A DNA stretch of 64,000 bases. Origin: Candidatus Eiseniibacteriota bacterium. GTDB taxonomy: Bacteria; Eisenbacteria; RBG-16-71-46. The stretch is from assembly GCA_031370785.1 (NCBI GenBank), contig JANMQY010000058.1, positions 32,001 to 96,000 of the forward strand. Direction: 5' to 3'. Below, one piece after another: positions 1-10,768 of this stretch. The translations under genes and the position numbers were made by a program. Below the pieces are notes generated by a model, which saw only the letters and a list, made by a program, of their open reading frames with translations, did not search any database and was not told the DNA's origin. Numbering within the stretch: position 1 is the first letter of the stretch; each line of letters starts with the position of its first letter.

Positions 1-1314
1 TCACAACTGAGCCTCACCCGGTTCGTGGCGGTGCGGTTCGGCAACGTGCTCGGCAGCGACGGCTCGGTGATCCCGCTGTTCCAGCGCCAGCTCGCGCGCG
101 GCGGTCCGATTACGGTCACCCATCCCGAAACGCGCCGCTATTTCATGACCATCCCCGAGGCGGTGCGACTGGTGCTGCAGGCCGGCGCGATGGGCAAGGG
201 CGGAGAGGTGTTCCTGCTCGACATGGGCGAGCAGGTGAGGATCGTGGACCTGGCGCGCCAGCTCATCCGCATGGCCGGGCTGCGTGAAGGCGAAGACATC
301 GAGATCGTGTTCACGGGCCTGAGGCCGGGCGAAAAACTCTACGAGGAACTGCACAGCGACGCGGAGCAGACCCGCATCACCCGGCACGAGCGCATCCTGG
401 TCTGGGATCTCGACGCACGTGACGAGCCCAGCCTGCTCGCCGAGGTCGCCGATCTGGAACGCATGGCTCAGAAGGCCGACGCCCAGTCGATCAAGCGCGG
501 GCTGCAGAGACTGGTGCCCGAGTACCTCGAGCCGCGCTACGACCCGATCGAGACCGTGCCGGCCACTCCGGTGGTCGAGCTGCCGGCCGCGGTCGCGCCG
601 GTGCGCACCCCCGCGCCCAGGCGCGATTGGCCGGATGCGGCACGCGGAGTCGCCGAGGGCGCGGTCGCGGTTGCGGCGCTCGCGCTGTCGTCGCCGCTAT
701 GGCTGCTGCTCACGCTCGAGGCGCGCCAGCGCGGAGAGCGCGAGATCCTGGTGCGCGAGCTGCGGGTGGGCAGGACCCGGCGCCGCGCCCACCGCCGCGG
801 CGGAAGGCAGGAAACCCCGATCGATCGTCGCAGCATCGAACGCCGGACTCAGGATCTGCTCGGTGAGCCGGTGGCGTGCGACCGGTTTCGCACCGACTTG
901 GGGCCCGTCAGTCGCTGGGTGCAGCGCCGCCGGCTCGAGACGCTGCCGTTCATGCTCAACGTGTTGCGTGGAGAGATGGCACTGGTCGGGCCGTCTCCGG
1001 AGCGGGAGGACTCGGTGCTGCGCTGGAAGGACATGATTCCGGAATACGAGCGCCGCTTCACGATTCTGCCCGGTGTGACCGGGCTGGCGCAGATCGCGGA
1101 GTGCACGCAGATCGATCTGAAGGGCGTCGCGCGCCGGGTGCAGTACGACCTGCACTACATCGATCACCGCTCGGTGCTTCTCGACCTGCGCACCCTGGTG
1201 CGCACCGTTGTGGTTGTGCTGCGACACCCGCGCCGCGCCTTCACCGGCCCCGCGGCGCCGGGCATTACCGAAGTGCCGGCCCATCCATCCGCGGTCAAAG
1301 GAGTGACGCAATGA
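1..1314 (+). CDS. 5'-truncated CapD/PglF-like nucleotide-sugar dehydratase C-terminus fused to a degenerate sugar-transferase (monotopic PGT) domain
   Basis: Frame is open from base 1. Dehydratase motifs [26 protein letters not shown] and [12 protein letters not shown] are followed by the PGT-like segment [12 protein letters not shown]...PGVTGLAQI...YDLHYI. Confidence 0.85.
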   Translation, partial: SQLSLTRFVAVRFGNVLGSDGSVIPLFQRQLARGGPITVTHPETRRYFMTIPEAVRLVLQAGAMGKGGEVFLLDMGEQVRIVDLARQLIRMAGLREGEDIEIVFTGLRPGEKLYEELHSDAEQTRITRHERILVWDLDARDEPSLLAEVADLERMAQKADAQSIKRGLQRLVPEYLEPRYDPIETVPATPVVELPAAVAPVRTPAPRRDWPDAARGVAEGAVAVAALALSSPLWLLLTLEARQRGEREILVRELRVGRTRRRAHRRGGRQETPIDRRSIERRTQDLLGEPVACDRFRTDLGPVSRWVQRRRLETLPFMLNVLRGEMALVGPSPEREDSVLRWKDMIPEYERRFTILPGVTGLAQIAECTQIDLKGVARRVQYDLHYIDHRSVLLDLRTLVRTVVVVLRHPRRAFTGPAAPGITEVPAHPSAVKGVTQ

Positions 1315-2279
1315 TCTGCAGAACCTGGCAGCTGTTCGTGGTGACCGCGTTGCTCGCGCTCACTGCGTTGCTCGCGCCACCCGCGGCTCGCGCCGAAGAA
1401 TACGTGCTCGGCCCCGACGATGTGATCGCGGTCTCGGTATGGGGGCACCCCGAGCTAGAGCGCACCGTGTCAGTGGGAAGCGATGGCAACATCACCTTCG
1501 CTCCGATCGGCGAGGTCAAGGCCGTGGGCCAGACGACCAAGCAGCTGGCCGACCGGCTCGGTGACCGGCTCTCGCAATACCTGCGCGTGACCGCACAGGT
1601 CACGATCACGGTCAAGGAGTTCCTGAGCCACAGCGTCTACGTCTCGGGCGCGGTGGCGCGCCCGAGCCGATATGGCTTCGAAAGGATTCCGAACCTGGTG
1701 GACGTGATCAGCCAGGCGGGCGGTGCGGTGCCGGGCGCGGACCTCGCGAACGTGCAGGTGGTGCGCCGTGAAGGTGATGCACGCCGCACGCTGCCCGCTG
1801 ATGTCGCGAGCGCATTGCGTGACGGCGTGATCGCGAATCTGCCCACCCTCAAGCCGGGCGACACCGTGATCGTGCCCGCGGGCGCGCTGGGAACCGGCTC
1901 ATTCGCCGCGAGCGACGGGGTGGGCGTGCTGGGCGAGGTGGCGCGCCCGGGCGTGTATCCCGCGACCGGTGGGCAGGACCTGTGGGTGATCCTGGCCGGC
2001 GCCGGCGGGCTCACTCCGCGCGGCAACCTGTCCGACGTGCGGGTCGTGACCCGTCAGGGGCAGTCGCAGGCGGTGGTCAGCCTCAACCTCAAGGACGTGC
2101 TGAGGCATGGCTCGCGCTCGGCGTTCGTGGTCAAGCCGGGCGATATCGTGTTCGTCTCCTCGACCGGGTCGAGCGCGATGGGCCGCGCCTTCAACGCCTT
2201 TGCGCAGACGCTGCCGCTGGCGGTCGAAGTGCTCAACATCGTGGTGCTGTCCGACGTGCTCAAGAGGAATCGCAACTAA
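1311..2279 (+). CDS. Polysaccharide export protein (Wza/Poly_export plus SLBB domains)
   Basis: ATGA overlap with the upstream gene; signal peptide ending [33 protein letters not shown] and GEVARPGVY motifs. Confidence 0.9.
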   Translation: MICRTWQLFVVTALLALTALLAPPAARAEEYVLGPDDVIAVSVWGHPELERTVSVGSDGNITFAPIGEVKAVGQTTKQLADRLGDRLSQYLRVTAQVTITVKEFLSHSVYVSGAVARPSRYGFERIPNLVDVISQAGGAVPGADLANVQVVRREGDARRTLPADVASALRDGVIANLPTLKPGDTVIVPAGALGTGSFAASDGVGVLGEVARPGVYPATGGQDLWVILAGAGGLTPRGNLSDVRVVTRQGQSQAVVSLNLKDVLRHGSRSAFVVKPGDIVFVSSTGSSAMGRAFNAFAQTLPLAVEVLNIVVLSDVLKRNRN

Positions 2280-4513
2280 TGGACGCGAGGCTTCCCGCCA
2301 CTCCACCGCTCGATCCGGGCGAGCTGCTGCGCGTCCTCCTTCGGCGCAAGTGGCTGCTGCTGCTGCCATGGACGGTGGCGATCATTGCCGGGGTTTCCGC
2401 GGCATTCCTGCTCAAACCGATCTATTTCAGCTCGGTCACCCTCCAGTTCGAACGCCCGCAACAGCTCACCGGGACACTGGGCGGCATCGGTGGCGGCGCG
2501 CAGAGCGCCGACCAGCAGGCGAGCCTGATGCGCGGGCAGGTGCAGAGCAGCCTGTTCATGCGCAACGTGCTCATCGCGAGCGGCGTCAAGAGTGACCCAA
2601 CCACGCGCGCCTGGGCGCTTCAGCACGTGAGCCGCTATCCGGGGCTGCCGAAGGACGACGCGGTCGAGGCCTTCCTCATCGACTACCTGCGCGACGCGGT
2701 CTCCATCAAGGCTGCGCGCGGCGACTTCCTGCAGATCGTGGTCGGGGACTACACGCCGGACCGGGCCAGGAAGTTCGCGGAGGCGATGGCCAATCAGTTC
2801 GTCGTCTCCTCCAAGGCCTCCCAGCTCGAGGCGGTGCGCGCGACCCAGGAATTCAGCATCGAGCAGCAGCAGGTCTACAAGCACAAGCTCGAGGAGAGCG
2901 AATCGCGGCTCGAGGCCGCGCGGCGCTCCGCACTCGGCAGCTCCATGGCCGGCTCGTCGGTGAGCCCGACCAATCTGCCGCAGGCCCGCGCGCTGCTCGA
3001 CCAGACCGAAGGCGAACTCGAGGACCAGCGCCAGAAGGTGCGCACGCTGCGCGCTCAGCTCAACGGCAAGGCGCGCGAGAACGACCCGTCGACATTGGGG
3101 AGCCCCGAGGTCACCAGCATGCTCGGCCAGCTGTCGGGGCTCGAGCGGCAGCTCGGCCTCGCGATGGTCAGCGGCAGCAACGACGCATCGATACGCATCC
3201 AGCTCGCGCGCAAGAGCGCGGAGCTCGAGGAACAGCTCGGGACCAACGCGGTGCGCGCGCTGCCGAGCCTCCCCTCGGACACCCACGACCTGCTGGTGCG
3301 CCTTCGCATGGCGCAGGCCGCGGCCCAGGGAACCGAGGCGCGGCGCGCGGCGATCGCGGGACAGGTCGGCGCGTTCCAGAGCCAGGTGTACTCCGCCCCG
3401 AATCGCGAGCTCGAAGTGGCGCGCGTGCAGCAGGAGGTGGACAACAACCGAGCGCTCTACAACTCGTTTCTGCAGCAGTCGGCCTCCGCGCAGATCGCGG
3501 AGGCATTCGAGAATGCCAAGATCAGCGGGCGCTTCATCGTGATCGATCCGGCCAATCGTCCACTGTCGCCCGGCAAGCCGAACCGGCTGATGCTCATCCT
3601 GCTCTCGTTCATCGCCGGCGGTATCATCGGAGTTGGCGCGGTGCTGGTCGCGGAACAGCACGACCAGTCCATGAAGAACGCGGAAGACGTGGAGAACCTG
3701 CTCGGGTTGCCGGTGCTGGGCGCGATCCCGCGCGTGGAAGAACTGGAGCGTTCGCGCCGGCGCACGAAGAGCGCCCCGGCCGCGGTGCCCGGCGTCCCCG
3801 GACCGCGCGAGCATGGGCTGCTCCACCGGCTCAAGGTCGAAAGCCCGCTCGGGCTCGAATTCCGTCGGGTGTTCCTCAAGCTGGCGAGGACCCGCGGAAA
3901 AGCGCTGCCACACACCCTGATGATCACCAGCGCCACGCGCGGCGAAGGCAAGACCACGACCAGCGCCTCGCTCGGCATTACCATGGCGCGCGAGCTGAAG
4001 GAGAAGGTGCTGCTCGTCGATTTCGACCTCCGCAGCCCGTCCCTGCATCGGGCGCTCGGGCTGCCGAGCAGCAGCTGGGGCCTCGCGCAGATGCTGGCGC
4101 AGCGCAATTTCGACGAACGTTTCATCCGCTCCACCGTGCTCCCGAACCTGGACTTCCTCGCGGCCGGCAAGAGCGAGCGCCCGGCGGCCGAGCTGGTGGA
4201 TCTGTCGACGGTCGAGTGGTTCCTGAACGAGGCGGCATCCCGCTACGCGCTGGTGCTGATCGATGCCCCGCCGAATCTCGCGGTTCCCGACCCGCTCATT
4301 CTCGGCCGCGCGGTCGAAGGCGTGCTGTACGTGATCAAGGCCGGGAGCACGGTGCGCAAGGCGGCCGAATACGGCGTGAAGGTGCAGCGCGAGGCACGCG
4401 ACAATGTGCTCGGCGTGCTGCTGAACGACATCGGCGAGATCCTTCCCCACTACTACGGCTACCGCTACAACGCGTACGGTTACAGCAACGAGGTGGCGGG
4501 AGGAGAATCCTGA
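2279..4513 (+). CDS. Wzc-like polysaccharide co-polymerase / BY-kinase
   Basis: Two TM helices flank a coiled coil; Walker A SATRGEGKTT, A' LLVDFDLR, B LIDAPP; C-terminal Tyr cluster HYYGYRYNAYGY. Confidence 0.92.
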   Translation: MDARLPATPPLDPGELLRVLLRRKWLLLLPWTVAIIAGVSAAFLLKPIYFSSVTLQFERPQQLTGTLGGIGGGAQSADQQASLMRGQVQSSLFMRNVLIASGVKSDPTTRAWALQHVSRYPGLPKDDAVEAFLIDYLRDAVSIKAARGDFLQIVVGDYTPDRARKFAEAMANQFVVSSKASQLEAVRATQEFSIEQQQVYKHKLEESESRLEAARRSALGSSMAGSSVSPTNLPQARALLDQTEGELEDQRQKVRTLRAQLNGKARENDPSTLGSPEVTSMLGQLSGLERQLGLAMVSGSNDASIRIQLARKSAELEEQLGTNAVRALPSLPSDTHDLLVRLRMAQAAAQGTEARRAAIAGQVGAFQSQVYSAPNRELEVARVQQEVDNNRALYNSFLQQSASAQIAEAFENAKISGRFIVIDPANRPLSPGKPNRLMLILLSFIAGGIIGVGAVLVAEQHDQSMKNAEDVENLLGLPVLGAIPRVEELERSRRRTKSAPAAVPGVPGPREHGLLHRLKVESPLGLEFRRVFLKLARTRGKALPHTLMITSATRGEGKTTTSASLGITMARELKEKVLLVDFDLRSPSLHRALGLPSSSWGLAQMLAQRNFDERFIRSTVLPNLDFLAAGKSERPAAELVDLSTVEWFLNEAASRYALVLIDAPPNLAVPDPLILGRAVEGVLYVIKAGSTVRKAAEYGVKVQREARDNVLGVLLNDIGEILPHYYGYRYNAYGYSNEVAGGES

Positions 4514-4694
4514 GATTTGCCCGTGGGCCAGGGCCGGTGCGCCGGATCTCGTCCGGGCCCGGTTCGACCTCCGGTGAGCGCTCCGATGCGCGATCGTTTC
4601 GCGTGCCGCGCGCCGCACCCGGCGCGCACCCGGCGCGGGAGACGGTGAGGAGCCGCGGAGGAGCGATCCGCCGCGGGTTCGTCGGAGGAACGTC

Positions 4695-6287
4695 GTGATC
4701 CGCAGCGTCCGCGTGCTCAAGAACGTGCTCACCAACTACCTCCGCTTCTTTCTGGCGGGGGTGATCGGGTTCCTCGTCACCCCGATCATGGTCCACCTGC
4801 TCGGCGACGGGGATTACGGCCTGTGGGTGACCGTCTTCTCGCTCACCGGCTACTTCGGACTGTTCGACCAGGGCATCCGCCCCTCGCTGGTGCGCTACGT
4901 GTCCCGCGATCACACGCTCGGCGACCGCGCGGGTCTCGAGCGCACCATGGCCAGCGCGCTGCTGCTCTACGGCGCGGTCGGCCTCGTGACGCTGATTGCC
5001 TCCGCGGTCCTCGCTTCCAACTTCACGCACTGGTTCAAGATCGAGCCGCATCAGGTGAACGAGGCGCGCGCGGTCGTGATACTGGCCGGCGCCTCGCTCG
5101 CGCTGGGCTTCCCGCTCGGCGTCTTCGGCGCGACGCTCTCCGGGCTTCAGCGCTACGACATCGCCAACGGGATCGGAATACTGGTCGGCATACTGCGCGC
5201 GCTGGCGTTCGTCGCGGTGTTGCGGCTGGGCTGGGGCTTGATCGGGCTGGCGTGGGCCTCGCTTGCCATGAACGGGCTGGGACATCTGCTCTCGTGGATG
5301 GCGGTGCGGCGGCTGCTGCCCGGCCTGAAGCTGAGTGTCCGGTCGATCGACGCCGCGCATCTCACCCTGATCGGCAGCTACAGCGGATTCGCGTTCGTGG
5401 GCGCGCTGGCGACCAGCATCGCGTTCCAGACCGACGCGCTGGTCATCACTGCGTTCCTGGGGGCGGCGCTGGTGACGCCCTTCGCGCTGGCCTCGGGACT
5501 GGTCGACAATGCGCGCTCGCTGGTTTACAGCGCGACCTGGGTGCTGTCGCCGACCGCCAGCGAGCTGGACACCCTGGGCGAGCGGGGCAAGCTTCACGCC
5601 CTGCTGATCGTCGGGAGCAAGTATTCGGTGCTGATGTGCTGGCCGGTGCTGCTCGCGTTGATCGTGTTCGGCGAAAACCTGATCGTCACCTGGGTCGGAC
5701 CCCGCTACGCGACCACCGCGTCGTTCGCGAGCGTGCTCTCGCCGCACGGCCCTCAGGCCAGCGCCGCGCAGATCCTGGTGCTGCTCAGCCTGCCCACGCT
5801 GCTCTCGCTGCCGCAGAGCACCGCCTCCTCGCTGCTCTACGGCATCAGCCGCCACCGCGGGGTGGTCGGACTCGCGTTGATCAACGCCGCGCTCAATCTG
5901 GCGCTGTCGCTGTGGTGGGTGAAGACGTGGGGTCTGGCCGGCGTCGCCCTGGGCACCGCGGTCCCGCTGGCGCTGGTGGGCGGGATCGCCACCCAGATCT
6001 ACGTCTGTCGCGCGCTCGGGCTGCCCGCGGCCCGCTACACGTGGGAGGGACTGCTGCAACCGGGGCTGGTGTGCCTTGCGTTCCTCGTGCCCGCGATCGT
6101 CGTGGAGCGGGTCTGGCATCCGCTCGGCTGGCTGCCGCTCGCGGCGGCGATCGGGGGATGCTGGGTGGTGTTCGCGGTCGCGGCGTGGCGCTTCTCGATC
6201 ACCGGCATCGAGCGCCAACGCTGGGGCCGCATGCTGCCGGGCCTGCTCGGGGCGCGCGAGGCAACGATCGGAGAGTCGCATCCATGA
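4695..6287 (+). CDS. Wzx-type flippase (MOP family)
   Basis: GTG start after GGAGG; multi-TM protein with TPIMVHLLG..YGLW and FDQGI..SLVRYVS N-terminal pattern. Confidence 0.88.
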   Translation: MIRSVRVLKNVLTNYLRFFLAGVIGFLVTPIMVHLLGDGDYGLWVTVFSLTGYFGLFDQGIRPSLVRYVSRDHTLGDRAGLERTMASALLLYGAVGLVTLIASAVLASNFTHWFKIEPHQVNEARAVVILAGASLALGFPLGVFGATLSGLQRYDIANGIGILVGILRALAFVAVLRLGWGLIGLAWASLAMNGLGHLLSWMAVRRLLPGLKLSVRSIDAAHLTLIGSYSGFAFVGALATSIAFQTDALVITAFLGAALVTPFALASGLVDNARSLVYSATWVLSPTASELDTLGERGKLHALLIVGSKYSVLMCWPVLLALIVFGENLIVTWVGPRYATTASFASVLSPHGPQASAAQILVLLSLPTLLSLPQSTASSLLYGISRHRGVVGLALINAALNLALSLWWVKTWGLAGVALGTAVPLALVGGIATQIYVCRALGLPAARYTWEGLLQPGLVCLAFLVPAIVVERVWHPLGWLPLAAAIGGCWVVFAVAAWRFSITGIERQRWGRMLPGLLGAREATIGESHP

Positions 6288-7273
6288 CCCCGAGAGTCAG
6301 CGTCGTGATTGCAGCCTACAACGCCGCATGGTGTATCGAGCGCGCGCTCGACGGCCTGGTCGCCCAGAGCCGGCGACCCGACGAGGTGCTGGTGTGCGAC
6401 GACGGGTCGACCGACGGCATGGCCGATCTGGTCGAGAGCCGCTACAGCGGCTTCATCCGCGTGCTGCGCCTTCCGCACCGCAACGCCTCGGCGACCCGCC
6501 GTGTCGGACTGGAGCAGGCGACCGGTGACTGGCTGGCATTCCTCGACGCCGACGACTGGTGGAAGCCGGTCAAGCTCGAGCGTCAGCTCGCCTACCTCGA
6601 GCGCCATCCCGAAGTGCGCTACTGCGGAACCGACGGCGAACTCGTGTCGGCAGAGGGAGTCATCCGCGAATCGTGGTTGTCCGAATACTTCACGCCCTTG
6701 CGCGATCTGCACGGGGACCTGATGCCGTTGCTCATCGAGCGCTGCTTTCCGCTGCTCAGCTCGATGATGGTGGAACGCCACGCCTATCACGAGATCGGAG
6801 GGCTCGATCCCGAGATCGAGCGCGCCTATGACTACGACCTGTGGCTGCGCTGCGCGGCCCGCTACCCGGGCGCGATCCTGGCCGAGCCGCTCATCTACTA
6901 CTTCTCGCACCCGGGATCGCTCTCGCGCAATCTCGAGCCGCGCTACCGCGACGACCTGACGGTCATGCGCCGCGCCGCGAAGGGCCGTTACGGCCGCCGC
7001 CCTCGCGTGCAGAGCATCGCAGCCGAGCGAGCCGCGGCGCTCGAGCTGGATCTGGGCATCACCTGCTTCCGCTCCGGACGCTGGCCCGAAGGTCGTGGGC
7101 ACATGGCGCGCGCCGCCATGGCGGGTCCGCTGCGCCGCCGCCTGGTCGCTGCCGCGAGCGCAGTGCTGCCCGGCTACGCCGTGCCGAGGCTGATGCGCTC
7201 CGCCTGGGCCAAAGACGTCCTGCGCCGCAATCGTCGCCAGCCGCGCACGCTCGCGCCGGGAGAGGCGACGTGA
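6284..7273 (+). CDS. Glycosyltransferase family 2
   Basis: VSVVIAAYN, DDGSTD, AFLDADD and YDYDLWLR motifs. Confidence 0.92.
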   Translation: MTPRVSVVIAAYNAAWCIERALDGLVAQSRRPDEVLVCDDGSTDGMADLVESRYSGFIRVLRLPHRNASATRRVGLEQATGDWLAFLDADDWWKPVKLERQLAYLERHPEVRYCGTDGELVSAEGVIRESWLSEYFTPLRDLHGDLMPLLIERCFPLLSSMMVERHAYHEIGGLDPEIERAYDYDLWLRCAARYPGAILAEPLIYYFSHPGSLSRNLEPRYRDDLTVMRRAAKGRYGRRPRVQSIAAERAAALELDLGITCFRSGRWPEGRGHMARAAMAGPLRRRLVAAASAVLPGYAVPRLMRSAWAKDVLRRNRRQPRTLAPGEAT

Positions 7274-8325
7274 GCACGGGGCTCGAGGTCACGGCGGTGA
7301 TCCCGGCGCACAACGGGCTGCCCGACGTGCTCGAAGCCGTGGACTCGGCGCTCGCCCAGACCCTTCCGCCGGTCGAGGTGGTGGTGGTGGACGACGGCTC
7401 GGATGACGGTACCGGGGATGCGGTCGCGCACGCATTCGGTCCCGCCGGAGTGCGCCGCGCCGGACGCGGCACGCCGGTGCGCGTGGTGCGCGGGCGCTTC
7501 GGAAGTGCGGCCGCGGCGCGCAATCGCGGCTGGCGCGAGGCGCGTACGCGCTGGATCGCGCTGCTCGACGCCGACGACCTCTGGTACGCGCACAAGCTCG
7601 AGACTGCGAATGCGGCGCTGGCCGCCGCCCCCGAGGCGGCGTGGTTCTTCAGCGATGGCGCGTTCCGGAATCTCGAGGGCGAGATACGCTCATCGTGGCT
7701 CGCGACGTACGTTGACCTCCCGGATCGGTACGTCGGCTATCCGGCGCGCGAGCTGATCGAGGTCAACTTCGTGCTGACCTCCTCGGTGCTGGCGCGTCGC
7801 GACGCGCTCGAGACGCTGGGCGGATTCGACGAACGCCTGAGTCATGCCGAGGATCTCGATCTGTGGATCCGCCTCGCCCGGCGCTGGCCGGCCGCGGCCT
7901 CGCGGCAGGCGCTGGTGCGCTATCAGCATCGTCCGGGCGGGCTCACCCGCCAGGTCGAAGCCCGGCTCACCGGCGACATCACGCTGTTCCGGCGCCTTAC
8001 GGAGGATCAGACGCTCAGTCCGGACCTGCGCCGCGCGGCGCGGCGGCGCGAGGCGCTGGCGCATTTCAAGCTCGGGATGACCGCGATGCGCGAGGGACGG
8101 AACACCGAGGCGCGCGTGCATTTCTCCAAGGGGTGGCTGTTTCCGGAGCGGGCGCTGCCGGTCACCGTCGCCTGGATCATGAGCCGACTCCCGCGGGCCG
8201 CCTTCTCCGGATTGCGCAGCCAGGGCTGGGCGACCGCCACCGCGGCACCGCACGCGCGGGTGCGGCGCGTGAGCCTCAGGCCCGGCGGGCGACCGGATGC
8301 GGCAGCGAACGGAGGCCTGCGGTGA
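7270..8325 (+). CDS. Glycosyltransferase family 2
   Basis: GTGA overlap; VIPAHN, VDDGSDD, ALLDADD and AEDLDLWIR motifs. Confidence 0.92.
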   Translation: MSTGLEVTAVIPAHNGLPDVLEAVDSALAQTLPPVEVVVVDDGSDDGTGDAVAHAFGPAGVRRAGRGTPVRVVRGRFGSAAAARNRGWREARTRWIALLDADDLWYAHKLETANAALAAAPEAAWFFSDGAFRNLEGEIRSSWLATYVDLPDRYVGYPARELIEVNFVLTSSVLARRDALETLGGFDERLSHAEDLDLWIRLARRWPAAASRQALVRYQHRPGGLTRQVEARLTGDITLFRRLTEDQTLSPDLRRAARRREALAHFKLGMTAMREGRNTEARVHFSKGWLFPERALPVTVAWIMSRLPRAAFSGLRSQGWATATAAPHARVRRVSLRPGGRPDAAANGGLR

Positions 8326-9764
8326 GTCAGACGCCAAATCCGATGGGCGTCACCCCGATCCACGAAGTGCGGGACGCGGCGAGGCGTCAGGCGCGCTCGC
8401 TTCCGGCCGGGGTCCCGATCGCGCTAAGCATGCTGATCGCGGCGCTGGCGATCGGTCTGTTCGTGATGCTGGACTACGGCTTCAATCAGGATCCGCATCG
8501 CATCGTCAAGGTGCTGCTCGGCGCCGCCTTGATCGCCACCATCCTGATGCGCCCGCGCTTCGGCCTGTTCCTGCTTCCGATCGCGACCCCGTTCCTGCCG
8601 TGGCTGCCGAAGCTGCCGGTCCCGGGCGTCAACACGCTCAACGCCCTGCTGTTCACCGTGTTCTCGACATTTGCGCTGGCCCGGATCATGAATCAACAGC
8701 CGGTGTTCCGGCGCGGCCGACTGGCCTACCCGCTTGGGGCGCTGATCCTGATCGCGGGGCTCTCCATCGTGCGCGGGGCGGCATTCCCGACCGGCTATAC
8801 GTTCCGGGCCTCGGAGTCGGCGATGGCGCTGCTGCGCTGCTCGATGACCTTCACCGTCTACTTCCTCGCGCTGGCCATGGTGCGCGGCGAGAAGGACCGC
8901 CGCGTGATGGGGTGGGCGATCGTGCTCGGCCTGCTCGCCGAGGCCCTGACCACCATCGTGTACGGCCGCAATGGCCGCGGCGCCCGCGCGATCGGCTCGT
9001 TCGGCCAGTCCAACGAGCTGGGCGCGTTCCTCGCGATGTTCACGGCGTTCAGCGCGGCCCTGATCCCGGCGACGCGGAAATGGTTCGGCAAGCTGTTGCT
9101 GCTCGGCGCGGTGGTGGCGGGAACCTACGCGGTGCTGCTCTCGGTCTCACGCGGAGCGCTGGTCGCGCTGGCCGCGAGCTTGCTTTTCGTCGCGCTGCGC
9201 AGTTCGCGCATCCTCACCTTCATCCTGCTCGTCGTCATGGTCAGCTCGCCGCTGTGGATGCCGTCCTACATGATGCAGCGACTGAGCGGGACCGAGATCG
9301 AGAGCGAGGCGGGCACCGAGTCGGGACTCGAAGCCTCGGCGCAGATTCGTGTGGATACGTGGCACGCGATCCTCGCGGTGGTGGCGGATCACCCGCTCGA
9401 CGGCGTCGGATTCACCGGGCTCGGCTGGGTGCTGCCCGAGACCGGGGAAAATCTGGGCCTCGAGGTCAAGGACAGCGCACACAACACCTACCTGCGGTTC
9501 CTCGGTGAAATGGGCGTGTTCGGTCTGCTGATCTTCCTCTGGCTGCTGTGGTCGTGCTGGAAGATGACGATGGAGGGAGTACGCACCGCGCGCAGTCGAT
9601 TCGACCGCCAGCTGTCGGTGGGGGTCGCCGCGGCAACGCTGGCCATGGCGGTGTCGTGCGCATTCGGCGACCGGTTCTTCTCCATTCTCATCACCGGAAA
9701 TTTCTGGATCGCATGCGCCCTCGTGAACGACGCACTGCTCGATCGGCCGGAGAGCACGGCATGA
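8322..9764 (+). CDS. O-antigen ligase / Wzy polymerase family membrane protein
   Basis: Multi-TM; RAIGSFGQSNELG, SVSRGA, HPLDGVG and SAHNTYL motifs. Start could instead be ATG at 8343. Confidence 0.88.
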   Translation: MSQTPNPMGVTPIHEVRDAARRQARSLPAGVPIALSMLIAALAIGLFVMLDYGFNQDPHRIVKVLLGAALIATILMRPRFGLFLLPIATPFLPWLPKLPVPGVNTLNALLFTVFSTFALARIMNQQPVFRRGRLAYPLGALILIAGLSIVRGAAFPTGYTFRASESAMALLRCSMTFTVYFLALAMVRGEKDRRVMGWAIVLGLLAEALTTIVYGRNGRGARAIGSFGQSNELGAFLAMFTAFSAALIPATRKWFGKLLLLGAVVAGTYAVLLSVSRGALVALAASLLFVALRSSRILTFILLVVMVSSPLWMPSYMMQRLSGTEIESEAGTESGLEASAQIRVDTWHAILAVVADHPLDGVGFTGLGWVLPETGENLGLEVKDSAHNTYLRFLGEMGVFGLLIFLWLLWSCWKMTMEGVRTARSRFDRQLSVGVAAATLAMAVSCAFGDRFFSILITGNFWIACALVNDALLDRPESTA

Positions 9765-10768
9765 GCGGGCGCGCGCTGCGCTGGATGATGAGCTTCGCGC
9801 ACCGCACGCCTCAGCCGAAGGTGGCGAGTCTGATCATCGTGCGCCACCACCGCGTGTACGCCGACGCCGAGAGCCCGATCTATCGCCTCGGGGTCGGCGA
9901 AAGCGTGTTCGCCGCGCAGCTCGAGCTGCTCCGCGCGATCGGGCTCGCGCCGGTCACGGTCGCGGAAGGTGTGCGATGGCTTTCGGGCGCGCGCAGCGGC
10001 CGGCGCGTCGCGATGACCTTCGACGACGGTTACCGGGACAACCTGACCCGTGCGCTTCCGCTGCTCGAACGCCACGGCGCGCACGCGACGTTCTACCTTG
10101 CCGCAGGACTGATCGAGGAGCGCACCGCGCCATGGTGGGATCAGCTGGCGTGGCGGCTCGAGCGCGCCGAAATGAGCCAGGCGACGTTCGAGATCGAGGG
10201 CAGGCGCATCCGGCTCGAGCTGGAGGAGCCCGCCGGCCGCGCGCGCGCGATCGCGGCCCTCGAGCCGCTGATGCGCGTGACCCCCGAGCTGCGGCAGCGC
10301 CGGCTCGAATCGCTGCGCGACCTCCTGCACGTGCGCGGCGAGGCGCCCTGCGAGCTGGCCACGTGGGAGGAAGCGCGCGCCCTGGGCGGCGGCGGGATGG
10401 AGATCGGGGCACACACGCTCTCGCATCCGCATCTGAGTCTCCTGACTCCGGATCGCCAGGATGCCGAGATCTCAGGCTCGATCGATCTCATCGAGCGCCG
10501 GCTCGGTGTGCGGTCGCGCGGTTTCGCGTACCCGGGTGGCGACTACGACGCGAGCAGCGTCGCGATCGCGGCCCGGCTCGAGCTCGAGCACGCGGTCACC
10601 ACTCGCCGCGGCGACAACGGTCCGGACGCGCCGCGTCTCGAGCTGCGCCGCCGCGCTCTCTCGGATGGCGCGTGCCTCGGGCCGACCGGCGTCTTCTCGC
10701 GCCGCCTGACGCTCGCCGAGCTGGACGGCGCGTTCGATTGGGCGCGTGGCGTCGAGGCCGCAACATGA
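9761..10768 (+). CDS. Polysaccharide deacetylase (CE4/NodB)
   Basis: TFDDGYRDN, GAHTLSHPHL and FAYPGG motifs. Confidence 0.9.
   Translation: MSGRALRWMMSFAHRTPQPKVASLIIVRHHRVYADAESPIYRLGVGESVFAAQLELLRAIGLAPVTVAEGVRWLSGARSGRRVAMTFDDGYRDNLTRALPLLERHGAHATFYLAAGLIEERTAPWWDQLAWRLERAEMSQATFEIEGRRIRLELEEPAGRARAIAALEPLMRVTPELRQRRLESLRDLLHVRGEAPCELATWEEARALGGGGMEIGAHTLSHPHLSLLTPDRQDAEISGSIDLIERRLGVRSRGFAYPGGDYDASSVAIAARLELEHAVTTRRGDNGPDAPRLELRRRALSDGACLGPTGVFSRRLTLAELDGAFDWARGVEAAT

Noticed and set aside
4514..4694. 180-bp GC-rich gap within the EPS operon
   Set aside because: Only weak hairpins; no recognisable promoter, terminator, ops/JUMPstart or RNA motif.
2276..4735. Long antisense and alternate-frame ORFs throughout the window (e.g. 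2276-4735 -, 24821-26608 -, 33314-36037 +, 38203-41070 +, 48600-50948 -, 59972-61981 -)
   Set aside because: These are shadow ORFs expected at high GC. They are Arg/Ala/Pro-rich, have no motifs and lie opposite well-supported genes.
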